From positions 211,854,001 through 211,918,000 of the forward strand of contig JBITNC010000001.1 of NCBI GenBank assembly GCA_050084985.1: DNA of 64,000 bases. Direction: 5' to 3'. Each line of letters starts with the position of its first letter. Position 1 is the first letter of the stretch. This DNA comes from Nageia nagi (taxonomy: Eukaryota > Plantae > Pinophyta). The position numbers and the translations under genes are program-made. The notes beneath the pieces were generated by a model. It worked only from the letters and a program-made list of their open reading frames with translations. It had not been told where the DNA came from and did no database searches. Positions 39,677-53,810 of the stretch are shown in pieces.

Positions 39677-41859
39677 ATCAATATTAGAATCAACAATTTA
39701 AAATTTTATGGTGATTCACAACTAGTTATCAACCAAATCAATGATGTTTACAACAACAAGGATGAAAAATTATATTTATGTAAGGAATTAGTTACTTTAA
39801 TAGTTCATAGAGGCTTCATACAAATTTAGTTTGAAAGCATTTTAAGGAATAATAATAGATTTGCAGATGCTATGGCTAATGCCACTTTATTGATACCTAT
39901 CTTAGTTGAAGATGAGGATATTAATATCAAAATCAATAGCCTTATACATTTTTCATTTATGGATGATGATGATGATTACCAAGGGTTCTTTAAGAAAGAG
40001 CCACTCATATATACTAATCTCTCACTATACAAATGGTATGTTGATATATACAACCACCTAAAGTAAGGAAAGATTATAGATTCATATCAATCCAAGTTTC
40101 TCAAAATAAGACTCAAATATATGGCTACAAAGTATGTAATTATTTTCAAAATATCATTTTGTGGTACTTTTTATTAGATGTATGAATGAAAATGAATCAA
40201 ATAAAGCTATGAAACATGTACATGATAACATAAATAAAGGTCATTTCAATGGTAAATAAATTTTATAAGATCCTAAGACTAGGATATTATTGACCATCTA
40301 TGGAAAAAGATTATATTTTACATGTTCAAAAATGTCAAAAATGCCAAAAGCATGCTAACTCAAAATAGGTTCTGTCAAGTGAATTAGTCACAATGATATC
40401 TCCTTATCCTTTTTCTATTTGGGCCTTAGATCTAATAGGAGTTATCAATTCCAAATAAAGTGAGGGACACAAATTCATTTTAGGTTCTACTCAATACTTT
40501 ACAAAATATACTAAATTTATACCAATAAGATCATCCAAGGATCCTTAAATTATGAAATTAATAACTAAAAATATTATAGCATGATTTGGTATTCTATATT
40601 ATGTAATCATAGATAATTTAAAGAGTTTTAGAAGTAAACAAATTAAGAAATTTTGTAAGATTTTAAATATCAAATAAATATTATCATAAATATATTATCC
40701 ACAAGGTAATGGACAAGCAAAGGTAACCAACAAAACCATTATCAACATTTTGTACAAAAAAATAAAGCAAACTCATAGAGATTGGCATTCATAGCTTATA
40801 TATGCACTTTGGGCATACAAAATAAGCATCAAATCAGCTACAAGTTGCACTCAATTTTCATTAGTATATGGATATGAGAAATTATTACCATTGGAAGTAG
40901 AAATACCATCATTAAGGGTGTCTCTAAAAGGCATCATCGATTGGGAAGAGTAGTGAAAAGCAAGATTGAGATAGCTAGAAGGATTAGATGAAAAGTGAAT
41001 CCATGCCTTAGAACATCTTAGAGATTATCAAATAAGAACTAAGAAGCATATGGAAATAATATTATGCCAAGAGAGTTACAAGTGAGTGATCTAGTACTCA
41101 AGGAAAATCATATTAAATCATAGGTTGAAAAAAAGATAAACACAAGTTTGAAATAAATTGGATGGGCCCATATATCATAAAAATGAAATATCCAAGAAAC
41201 ATATATAGATTACCAATAGATGATGGCAAAGTGGATAAATTCTCAACCAATTAAAAGCATTTCAAATCTTTTTATGCATAATTGAAACTTGTCACATCAA
41301 TTTTAGTAGTTTTCCTTCAGTTAGTCATTAGTTTAGAGATCATGTATCAAGATACTAGTTTCATTTTCATTCTATTAAGCTAGTATCCATGCTAAGTTTT
41401 TACATAAAATTTTTTCTTTCATCCTAGTTCCCACACTAGCATTCCTTGGATATTTAAAAAAAAAGTACAAATCATAGGAATCATGGATCACATGCGACAT
41501 CATTAGATCAATATTAGCTAGTTGTCATATATAGATTAATGATATTGGTTAAGTTAGTCATACAAGTGATTCCTTCGGTAATCTAGCTTAGTTCTTAGAC
41601 ATCACAAATAAATTATATCCCTCAAGATAGCTATATCTTAATCATAGAACAATTACAAATCCAAAAATCAAGTGAGGTATCTCAACACCCATGCTAGCCT
41701 TCATGCTCATAATAGCATTAGTATCCTCACTAGGTTTCTTGCATCAAATCATGTAGTTTTTCAAAGGTAAGTGTAGATATTATTTTATACTTTATTAACT
41801 TCATATATATGATTGTAATTCAATCATATCATGCTTAATCATTACTTGATACATCATAT

Positions 41860-42160
41860 CCTTATTGGTTGGATGATAAATAACCATAACTATTTACAAT
41901 CATTTGGTTAGGATTAAATCAACTATTTTCTTGGATTAGTTTGTTGATTGAGACTAAACCAATCATGAATCTAATGGACACATTATCATCAGTACTATGA
42001 TCATGCATAGTCGAGACTAAATAAATCATATTTGAGTCATATTTTTTGGTTGGATCTTAACTATCCTTCATCTTTGGGTCAAATTTGTTGGTTGGATCTC
42101 AACTAACCTCCATCTTTGAGTCACCTTTGTTGGTTGGATCTCAACTAACCATCACCATGT
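41860..42160 (+). repeat. 3' UTR tandem repeats (~41-bp unit)
   Basis: 'ttggttggatctcaactaacctccatctttg.gtca' nearly three times at 42046-42156, with looser copies from 41865. Confidence 0.85.
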
Positions 42161-42682
42161 AGTTCTTTATGATTCATATGTTCCACCTAGAAATGGTGTA
42201 TGTACCCCATGATAATGTGGACACACCTTTATATTAATTTTGTATGTGCACATATAAGAATGAATTATTGAATATCTATGTATTTGGTGTTTTCAAGATG
42301 ATGTATGCATATTATATTAATTTCATATTTGCTCCATTATTGCTATATCATTTTTGATAAAAAATTATGATGTTTACTCTTATATAGCATTATTATATCT
42401 TTTATGAGTTAATAATCACATATATGATTGTAACTTGGTGTGTTATATCTCATATTTTTAGGTATTATTCTTTGCTCTTGGTTGATTCTACTACATGCAA
42501 GCTATTACATCTCAAAACCAAGGTGAATAAGGGGTAATATATATCATCATTCCTTAACAATTTGGATAATTCTACAACTAAACTAGGGAAGTATCAAATT
42601 TTCCTTCTCTTTACCTTTACTTCCTTTATAATCATAATATCATTTCAAGATTACATTTAGTTATACTTACAAAGGGGGAATT

Positions 42683-43455
42683 TGTTGACACTTAAAATTA
42701 ATCCCTTTAATATGGTCCCACTTAGGTGCAACTTTACACACATATTTAATGACATTCAATCATATTTTTGTCATATTTTACCTTATTATTACATATTTTT
42801 TAGGTTTTATTCTTATTTTTATGTTAAGTACACCCTAATAGCTTTGACATTAATACAAGGGGTAAAATGGTGATATCACACCTAATTTAAATGTATCTTT
42901 TTAACCTAGGGAAAGCATATCAAGATTACATCTTGATAGTCGGTATCCTATTCTTAGGTATTTCTAAATATCACCTATTGAGATTGGAATCTTATTATCA
43001 CTCAAGAAAATATCTATCATGCATCTTATGATCATATGCTTGGTTTGACTTATCACTATATCTGCTATCATCAACTCTTATTGGTAAACTTCATTCTATT
43101 AGAACGTTAATGCCCATGTTGAAGTACACACCCACATTGAGTTGTTTAAGACTAGCATCTACATTGGGATTATTTTTACAATTGATCATGGGGTTCCATT
43201 AATAAGGTCACCAAAATATAACAAGCCCTTACAACATATTTTTAACCTTAACATAGCTAAGGATGTACATGTATTTATCTTACACTTAATTCTATCTCTT
43301 TAATGCATGTGTTCATTTTATATCTTCCCATCAATGTAATTCATATTTTTATTGTTAATTTGAGTAAATTAGATTAGATAATGCATATTTAAATGTTTAT
43401 ATGTATTTATTCCATTTAGGATAAAATATTAGGTGTACCAAAATACATATCAATA
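42683..43455 (+). repeat. 3' LTR (773 bp)
   Basis: Follows the PPT; host RT resumes immediately after it. Confidence 0.92.
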
Positions 43456-45389
43456 GTTTCTTTCTCCTAATTACTTAGGAAAGAAAATAAGTTTATTTGA
43501 AGTGAAGCATGCTACAAAATCATTTGATGACATCAAAAGGTACTTACTTAATCCTCTTATTTTTCAACTTATTGATCATTAAAGGCCTTTATACTTGTAT
43601 ATTTCAGCTACAAATCATGCTCTAGGAATTGTTTTGATACAAATTGATAATGAAAATAAAGAAAGGGTTATGTTATTTTTATCTAAAATATTACATGGTG
43701 TAGAAATAAGGTATAATCTAATTAAGAAATTATGTTATACCATTATCTATACCACTGAAAAATGAAGGCATTATATGATTATGAATATTACTTATGTAGT
43801 ACCTCAAGTTGATCAATTGATATATCTACTTTTTACACTTAAGTTGCAAGGAAGGCCCATCAAATAGATAATGGAATTACAAGAATTTGATTTTATTTAC
43901 ATGCATAAAAAGGAAATTAAAGGATAGGTTATTATTGATATGTTAGTTGAGGTAACATGTGGAAATTCTACTCCAAGCAAATAATAGCTTCAAGATTAAC
44001 TTGTGGCATGGGTTTAGGGAGATGATGAGCAAAAGTGGACACTCTATTTTGATGGTTCTAAGTTCCTAAAAGGGGTTGTGAAAGGTATTGTACTAGTATC
44101 TCTTGAATGTGGTATTATTTCAATAGCTTACAAGTTAAATTTTGAATGTAATAATAATATAGTTGAGTATGAGGCTTTGGTTTTGGGTTTGAAGGTTGCT
44201 ATCAATTTGAATATTGAGAATCTATAGGTCTATGGTGATTTATAACTTATTATCAATTAAATAAATAAGGTTTACTATCAAAAAGATGAAAATATAAATC
44301 CATACAAGGATTTAGTAATAAGGATGATAGAAATATGATTTCAAAAGGTTGAATTTGATAATAATCTAAGAATCAATAATATATTTGTTGATTCTATGGC
44401 TAATGTCACTTTTTTGACACATATTGTTATTTAAGATGAAGAAAATATTAACAAAATAAATAATCTCAAGAATCAATCCTTTATAGATGAGATAAATTTA
44501 ATTAATTTATTTTATAAAGAGATAATTATATGTGTCATACTTCCATTATATGAATGGGAAGATGATATATACAACTTCTTGAAAGATTAAAAGATTGTAG
44601 ATTCGCTTATGGGGATGAGGTAGTACTTCCATTAGAGTTGAAAATATCATCATTAAGGGCATATTTGAAATACATCATTGATTAGGAAGAATAGGGAAAA
44701 GTAGGGCTAAGATATAAGGATTGGATGGGAAAAGGATCCATTCTTTGGAGAATCTTATAACATATAGAAAAATAACTAGTAAGGCATATGGAAAGAAGAT
44801 AAGATTAAGAGAATTTTAGGTTGGTGATTTAGTTCTCAAATAAAAACATCATAACACATAAGATGAGAAAGAAGACAAAGGTTAATTTAGAACAAATTGG
44901 ATTGGTCCATACATTATCAAGATAAAATATACCAATAAAGCATACAAATTAGTAACTATTGATGGAAAAGTAGATAAATTTCTACCAATGTTAGACACAT
45001 GAAACCCTTTTGTGTATAAGAGAGGCTTATCACTTGTGTGTTATTCAGTCATGTTCAATTAGTAACATGATTAGATATCTTAGATCATTACCTAAGCTCA
45101 TTTTATGTTCTATTATACTAGCACTAACCTTAGGAGTATTTTTTTTATAATGTATCTTAGCGCTCATGTTGATTCTTAAGATATATATTTTGTAAAAACT
45201 ACTACAATATCAAGAATCCCAAATATGTATTTTAGTTCAATATTTTCTATAAAATAAGATCCTAAGAATGTTATGGTTCAATTTATTAGTTTGAGTTTAT
45301 TAGTTATATAGTTTATGCCTTGAGAAAAGGGAAACCTTTTTAAGTATATTCATCAACATATTAGTGTTAAATAAATTCTTAGATCGATT

Positions 45390-46114
45390 TGTTAATACCT
45401 AAAAAGGAGTTTTGATTTAATTAAAAAACCTTTTTAGATATTTGAAATAATTTATTTAATTTATTAAACAAATACTCTTTTTCATATGCACTCTCATCTA
45501 CCTTCATGTTTTATGGTAATAGGTGGGATTAGCATCATAATAAACCTAAGGAGGAGCCTTAGCACTAGACCAATTACCTATAAATATGGAAGGGTTATGC
45601 ATGATCAAAGATATAATATGATATGATATAATCCTAAATCTTTGATAGGTGTCAATATACTTGTATCAATCTTGATCAATGTTTCTAAACACCACCTATC
45701 ATCTCCAGATTATTTTATACTCATGTATATATTCTTGTGATCTTTCATCCCTTCATAATCAAGATCTAGTACATCAAAGGTAGGATGATGAAATTGAGCT
45801 TGAAGGTAATGCATTATGGAAAGGTAGCCTAGTATTGTTGCTAGGTTTCTAGTTCCATCATTGGGTTGAGGCTAGATTAATGGCTTCATATTTTAGATAA
45901 GCTCATCATTTTCCCTCTCTTGATTGGATCTCCTCTTTGTTTGTTGTCATAGGTAAAGAATAGGTTTGTATCTTTCCTTAATCTAGTTTTGATAAGTTAA
46001 GGTCAAGTTAATATTTTTCACCTTTCATATAATTGATTTTTTACTTTTCATACTTAATTAAGGAATTTAATTATTCTATAAATAATCTTAATAATTATTA
46101 TTTTAGTTATAACA
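45390..46114 (+). repeat. 5' LTR (725 bp)
   Basis: TGTTAA...ATAACA, colinear with 52662-53387 along its length. Confidence 0.95.
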
Positions 46115-49100
46115 ATTAGTAAACTTGGCTCCTTTTTGATAGACCACTTTATCCTTCACTAATTAGGCTAAAACCTTAGGGTTTTAGATAGGACTAATCT
46201 TGCATTTTAAGTGTTTTAAAAATGGAATATGCTTAGTTTCTTTCCATGCTCAATAGCTTTGATGAGAACACAAGAGCTAATCTCAAGAAGATGCTATATG
46301 AAAATGTTGAAATAAGTGAAACCTCTAACATTAGGGGAAACTATCAATATTTTGCAGGTGCTACACCCATGATTAGGGATTTAAATCCATTGTATGATGA
46401 TATTAACAATACTAGGGAACTTGGTATACAAGTATAACCTATTTTCAATACATATAATGGTGAGGGAGATCCTATACCTCATATCAAGGCTTTCAAAATG
46501 AAATTTGAGTTGAAATTTAGCATGAATGATAATTTGATGGCTAAATATTTCCCTACTACATTCATAAGTGATGCACTCAATTGGTACTTCTCTTTTTCCA
46601 ATAATTCAATTAATTATTATGTACAACTTATCTTGGAATTCTATATGTATTTCAAATATCATGCTCCTATGTAAATGATATTCTTAGATCTAGTTAGTGC
46701 CATACAAGATCCCAATGAATGATTTGATAAAATTTTCCAAAGATTTTAGAAAATATGGAGTAGCATGATACCTAAACTCTTATCCAAGTCTCATTTCATA
46801 TCCATGTTTTTCTATAATATCCACCCTAATTTTAAATTCATAGCCCTAGACTACATGACCTCACCCTTTACCAAGATTTTCCATAGGCTTACCCAAAAAT
46901 AGAAGTTCGTAGCTAATATGGGTTACTTGAAATATGGAAACCCTAGCAAAGAAACTAAGGAAAATAAATATTAGAAAAATAAACATAAATATGTTCATAC
47001 CATAGAAGAAATATTATCCAAAGAATAATTTCAAGAAGAATAATAGGTTACCATTAGCTCCTATTGTCATCTTTAAAGATTATTTACAAATGAGATTAAT
47101 CAAATCTGATATGAAATGGGAGCTAGGTCATCATGATGATAAATCTAGTTGATAAAATGAATTAGAATTTTGTGAATATCACAAGGTAAGAGGTCATAGA
47201 ACAAATGCATGTAAGATCTTGAGAAAGTAATTACAAGAATTATTAAATGATGACAAGATATAGTATGAGGCCTATGTAGTAGATTATGAGGATACTAAAC
47301 CATTCATAATAAACATTATATTCAAATAAGAACTATGTGAATTCACTAGGAGAGGAATACTAAGAGGGAGTATTAACCTAGCTATAGTAGAGCAAACAAG
47401 GATCCATCATAATCCTAGTATGGAACAACTCCTTGAGAAACTAAAGTTAACTCATGCCAACATAAGTATTTTTGAACTCTTACAATTATCAATTGAATAT
47501 AGAGATGCTTTAATTTATGCACTTAAGAAAATTAAAGTTGATGTAGATATCTTTATTTCTAAATTTTTTAAATTAATAGGCAATATTGAAACTAATTTGG
47601 TTTGTAACATGCTCTATTTTCAAGATAGTGAATTGCCTAGTGATGATGTCATTGATAAAAATCTAGGATTGTATATCCATGTTAATATCGATGGTATTAT
47701 TATTAAAAAAGCTTTAATTGATAATAGTTCAAATGTTAATATATGTTCAATTGAATTATTTCCAACATAGTTTCCATCTATATATGCTAAAATGAAATGA
47801 ACAACTATTAACATCAAAGGGTTTGATTATACTGAAAAGGAATGTAGTGGATATGTATCTATGCCTATTGAAATAGGTGGTAAACTAGTTAATCAAAAAC
47901 TATATATATTTCAAGTACAATTTCTATATAATTTACTATTTGGTATACCATGGATCCATAAGATTGGGACTACTTCTACATTATATCAGTTTATTAAATT
48001 TATGCATAAAGGTAAGAAGGTTACTATTCATGTAGAAGACAATCCTCTAGATGTATATCAAGAAGTTGAACAATTTTGGATTCCTCAAAAATCAAGAATA
48101 TTTACCACACCTATTACAACTATCACCCTACAAGAGGTAAGAATAGGTGCATACATAATCCTAGAGATAGACATCTAGGAAAATTTCAAAGAGCTTGGAT
48201 GAACCCTTACAATCCTAGAAACTCAATGTTTCCACTTGAAGGATAGTGAATTTGAGCACTTATACTCCATTTATAAGTAGAAAATTGACCCTATTGAAGA
48301 TTTTAGTGTCCTCTACTAAGAACATGAAGGAAAAAGTGCATCCATCTATGAAGATACTATTTCAATTTTAGAGAAAATATTAGGTCATGTAAGTATGCAT
48401 TTCAATGGCACTTATTCTAGTTTTACTAATAAATATATGTATACATATTAGTATGGTGGAAATGTATTAGGAAATAATGATAAGGGCATCATAAATCCCA
48501 TTCCAAATGAAATTTAGCACAAGAGCATAACTAGTATTAGATTTGATGACTCTCTACCTAGTTTAGTTTTGTAAGTTGCAATAGTTCATCATGAGGATAG
48601 TAGTGATCAAGGATGCACTAGATATATCTATGATGATTGGTTGCATTATATAATGATGTATGGTCCAATAGAGAAGTTGTAGGCTTATTATACAGATCCA
48701 TTTCTACCTCCTACAACTCCACTTTGAGTGGATATTTTTAGGATTAATGATACCATCCTTGAAAAACTAGGGGCATGAAGTGAGTTCCTCAAATATAGTG
48801 AAATGAGGCTAATATAGCTATGGTTATTATGATATAAAACATATTTTGGTGAGGTTATATGACCTAATTATGTAGACATTATAGGTTAAAGCCTCACCCT
48901 TCCTTTTAGTTTTTGATTATGTTCATTTTTGTTTGTATTTTCTTTATTTTTTATCAATTTAGTCCTAGGTCCCTAGCACCATCACTTTGTTATTCCCATA
49001 TCTTAAGGTTGATTTTGTATGCAATATTGGGGGCATTACCTCTACCTCCCCAAATTAGTAATGAAATATCATATCTTAGTGAATAAGTAGTTGAATTCAA

Positions 49101-52100
49101 TATTGCTACCCAAGAGGATCCATGATTGGTCAAAATAGGAGCTTAAGTAACCCTAGAAGAATGGGAAAGGTATCACCTATTGCTAAAATATTTTTTTGAT
49201 ATTTTTTCTTGATCTTATTATAATATGATTAATTTTTATACTAATTTTATCACTCATAGTGTAGTTGTCAATAAAAATATCAAACCAATTCAACAAAATC
49301 TTAGAAAGATGTATCCTAGGGTAGACCTTACTATTAAAAAGGAAGTTGAGAAGTATCTTGTTATTGGTTTCATTATTCCTATTGATTATTCCCCATGGAT
49401 ATCTAACATTATGCCTCTAGTTAAGCCTAATGGTGAAAGTAGATATTGTATATATTTCAAGGATATCAATAAGACATGTCCTAAAGATGACTTTCCTTTG
49501 CTTAACATTGATATAATTATAGACTCAATAGTAGGCCATGAGGTTTTATCTTTCATGGATAGATTTTCTAGCTATAATCAAATTAGGATAAATAATTAGG
49601 ACTAACATAATATAGATTTTGTTAGTCCTTAGGGCATATTTTATTGGGTGGTCATGCCTTTTGGTCTAAAGAATGAAGGTGCAACTTATTAGAGATCCAT
49701 GGTGAGTATGTTTTATAATATTATCTATGAAAATGTTAAGGTGTATGTTGATGATATATAGAAAAATCCATAACTAATTATGATCATATTTTAGATTTAA
49801 GAAAAATATTCCAAATAATAGGGAATACAAGTTGAAATTGAAACCTAAAAAGTGTGCATCTACAATCTCATTAGGAAAATTACTTGGATTCCTTATTTTA
49901 AGAAGAGGTATAGAGATGGAACCCAATAAAGTTTCAACTATTATTGATTCTCCTCCTCTTAATAATTTGAAGGAATTAAGAAGAATTTAAGAAAAAGTAC
50001 AAGCAGTTAGAAGATTCATTGCTTAGCTAGTAGATATGACCTCCCTATTTTATCATTGATTGAAGAAAGGTGAGAAGTTCATTTGGGATGGAAAGCATAA
50101 AAAAGCTTTAGATAACATCAAAAGGTATCTTACTAATGCTCTAGTATTACCCCCCTATACAATTCAAAAAAGAGTTTTCTACTTTATGTTTCAACAACAT
50201 TAAGTATATTAGGGGCAATGCTAGCTCAGATGGATGAAAATAATAAGGAAAGAGAAATCTATTATGTTAGCAAAAAATTTACTAGATTATAAAATAAGAT
50301 ACACTCCAATTGAAATGATGTGTTTTGTTGATGATCTACTTCAATGAGTATGAAATTGATAACATTACAAGAGATAACAACAAGCATGATGATACTATGG
50401 CTAGTGTTGCTTCCCTTGATCCTATTCCCATAGAATATGAATATACCATTATCATAATAAAAAATATTGGCAAGCCTTTGCATGATTTTGTTGTTGAATA
50501 TTTCATTGAGGATCATTATTTTTTTGCTACTTGTATCAATGCATATGAATGGTATCAAGATATTTTCAATTATCTTAAAGATGGTGTTATCCCTATTACC
50601 TTTGATCATAATGCTAGGAATAGACTTAAAAAGCTAAAAAATAAGTATGTCTTATAAGGTGATTTGTTGTATAGAAGGTCTTTTGATGGTGCTCTTCTTA
50701 GATGTTTAATGCAACATGAAGTAGATATGTCCCTTCACCAAGCTCATGATGGTGAATATGGTGGACATTTTAGTACTAAATTTGTTTATCAAAAGTTGCT
50801 TAGAATAAGTTATTATTAGTATACGATGCTTGAATATTATGAATTACATATCAAAAAATATGAACAAGATCAAAAGAATGCTAGTCTTTAACTTTCTCCT
50901 TCTCATGATTTGCATTCTATTATATCTCCTTGGCCTTTTTCTATTTGGGTACTTGATTTTATTGCTAATATTAACTTGGTTTCAATATATGTCTATATGT
51001 TTATCATTAAAGCTATAGAATATTTTACAAAATTTATGAGGATATACCCATGAAATCTACAAAAGGAGGTAAAGTAGTTGAATTTATTATTGAGTTTATC
51101 ATTTCTAGATATGATATTCCTTCTAAATTATTTATGGATAATGGTCCTAGCTTTAAAGGTATCAAAGTTAAATAATGTTATGCTAAATATCATATTTAAT
51201 GAATGTTATCTACCCCATATTACCCCTAAGATAATGGTCAAGTTGAAGCTTCTAACAAGATCATTAAGAGTATTTTATCCAAAACTATTACAAAATATGG
51301 TAAATATTGGCATGAACAACTTCATTATTATTTGTGGGCTTATAGAATAAGTGTAAGGAATTTCATATGAGAAAATCCTTTCTCCTTTATATATGGTGAT
51401 GAAGCCATAGTTCCCTTTGAGTTAGAGATCCCATCTCTTCATATGTCACTATATGATCTCATTCTCAATGAAAATAGAAGAAAAGCTAGATTAGTCCAAT
51501 TAGATTCCTATATGAAAATGGGTTAATACTATAGAACATGTAAATATCTACCATTATTGAATCCAAAAAGCTTATAACAAAAAGATAAAGCCTAAATAGT
51601 TCAAAATTGGTGACTTGGTCTTAAAGGAAAACCTTGCCAACACTAAGGATCTAGAAAATGAAAAGAAAGCTAAGTTCAAACCTAATTAGATAGGTCCTTA
51701 CATTGTAATTACAAATTTTAGAAAAGGTGAGTATAAATTATCTTTAAATGATAATAAAACAAAATGCAATCCAATTAATGTTATGAATCTAAAAAAGTTT
51801 TATGTTTGATCTTTTTAAAAAAATTTGCATAGCTTTGTTATTTCATACCAACATTTTAGAATAATGAGCTCATAACCTGGTGACACCTTTGCATTCCTAA
51901 AAATGCCACTATAATCTATTGATTAAGTAAATTCAAAAATTAATCATCTCTTCCATATCATGGTAAATCAATGAAAATGGTAGTTCATTCCTTTATTTTC
52001 ATATCATTTATGTTAAACAAGTTGCTTATATAATAATGATTATCAAAACATATCAAATTGGTATTTCATATTTTATTAATTTCATTGGCCTCATTTGTAA

Positions 52101-52661
52101 TTAAAGGGCACTCTTATCAAAAAACCTATGGCAACATGGTGGCTTAGGAAACCAAGCTAGTCATTATTATTTATTGACACCTTTGTAAGAAAGGTTCAAT
52201 CTTATCATTTGGTACCTTTGTAAGGAAGGGCCATTCATAACAAAATCCATGGAAATATGGTGGCTTGAAAAACTAATATGATCAATCCAAACTACTTATC
52301 ATCTTCATCTCATCTTGGTGGGTAAGTCACCAAGGATAAGTTTGCTTTTCTTAGCATAATTTCCATATCATGGTGATAAAATGTTTATATTTCAGATATA
52401 TTACATAAAATATTTCTTATTTAAGCTCTTGTTTAGGTACATTTATTTTTTGCCTTGGATTGCTCCTATGATGATAGGTCCATCATATCATAACCAAGTC
52501 AAAGAGAGAGTATAATATAAGTAAAATATAAAGCATGCAAAGATTCCATCATGTCACAAATTTTCAAGGAGTATTTTCTCACTTATCTAGTTATACTTTG
52601 AATTCATATTTTGATTTCATTTTATCCTAAAAGCATCAAAACATATTCAAAGTAGAGCATA

Positions 52662-53387
52662 TATTAACACCTAAAAAGAATTTTGATTTAATTCAAATAC
52701 CTTTTTAGATATTTGAAATAATTTATTTAATTTATTAAATAAATGTTCTTTTCCATATGCACTCTCATTTTACCTTTATGTTTTATGGTAATAGATGAGC
52801 TTGGCATCATAATAAGCCTAAGAAAGAGCCTTAACACTAGACCTATTATCTATAAAGGTGGAAGGTTTATGCATGACAAAAGATATGACCTGACATAACA
52901 TAATCCCAAATCCTTGATAGATGAAAATATACTTGTGTCAATATTGATTGGTGTTTCTAAACTCCACCTATCATCTTTGGATTTTATTATACTCTAAGCT
53001 CTATATTCCTATGATATTTCATCCCTTCATGATCAAGATTTGATACATCGAAGGTAGGATGATGACATTGAGATAGAAGGCAAAATATTCTAGAAAGGTT
53101 ATTAAGCATTATTGCTAGGTTTCTAACATTTTCATTGGGTTGAGGTCATATTGGTGGCTCCATATTTTAGATAAGCTCATTATTTTCCCTCTCTCAATTG
53201 GATCTCATCTCCATTCATTATCACAAGTAAATAATAGGTTTGTATCTTATATTAATTCATTTTTTATAGGTTAAGGTCAAATTTATATTTTTCACCTTTC
53301 ATGTATCTATTTCTAATTTTTCATAGTTAATTGGAGAATTTAATTATTCTATAAATAACCCTAATAATTATTATTTTGGTTATAACA
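52662..53387 (+). repeat. 3' LTR (726 bp)
   Basis: Preceded by a decayed PPT 'aaagtagagcata'; starts TATTAACACC (TG>TA). Confidence 0.95.
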
Positions 53388-53619
53388 TAGTTGCCTCAAT
53401 GATCCTAGCATACATATTGATCATGGTAGTAGTGTTAACCTTAGCATATGTGTTGGGTACTACACTCCTATAATGGTCATAAATGGAAAGGTTAGGTATC
53501 ATTTTATAACACTCTATCAATGTATTTATATGTAAAAATAATACATGTATATTATCTACTTTATCATATCTTATTATGATCATATCATATTGCTTCATTT
53601 GAAAATATTGTCATATCAT

Positions 53620-53810
53620 TTTTGGGTGGATGTTAAATAAACATTAATTCTTTATGATCATATACTTATTGGGTGAATGTTAAATAAACATAAATTCTTT
53701 ATGATCATTCCCTTGTTGGATGGATTTTAAATAACCATCATTATTATTTCTTTATGATCATATCCTTATTGGTGTACATTAAATAACCATCACTATTATT
53801 ACTTTATGTC
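53620..53810 (+). repeat. 3' UTR tandem repeats (~47-55-bp unit) of the host element
   Basis: Four copies of 'ttggg/atggatgttaaataa.cat...ttctttatgatcat', plus one more near 54007. Confidence 0.85.

Larger units (their letters stand above)
34369..43455 (+). mobile_element. Full-length decayed Tat/Ogre-type Ty3/gypsy element (gag-PR-G-patch-RT-RH-aRH-INT)
   Basis: LTRs 34369-35049 and 42683-43455; PBS 'tggcatctacc' at 35053; PPT 'aaagggggaa' at 42671; flanks GCTTT/GTTTC (both one C>T from GCTTC). gag 'LKAKYFPMSLTGEA'; PR 'FDFLFGRSWIH'; RT 'CPKDNLPLPQID'; aRH 'LFDGS...NNMVEYEALVLGL...YGDSQLVINQ'; INT 'YYPQGNGQA'. Confidence 0.95.
45390..53387 (+). mobile_element. Full-length decayed Tat/Ogre-type element with an internal RH/aRH deletion
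   Basis: LTRs 45390-46114 and 52662-53387; flanks CGATT/TAGTT (both derivable from CGGTT by transitions). gag 'YNGEGDPIPHIKAF...AKYFPTT'; knuckle 'CEYHKVRGHRTNAC'; PR 'KALIDNSSNVNI...YNLLFGIPWIH'; RT 'CPKDDFPLLNID', 'VYVDD'; INT ~50730-51810. Confidence 0.95.
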
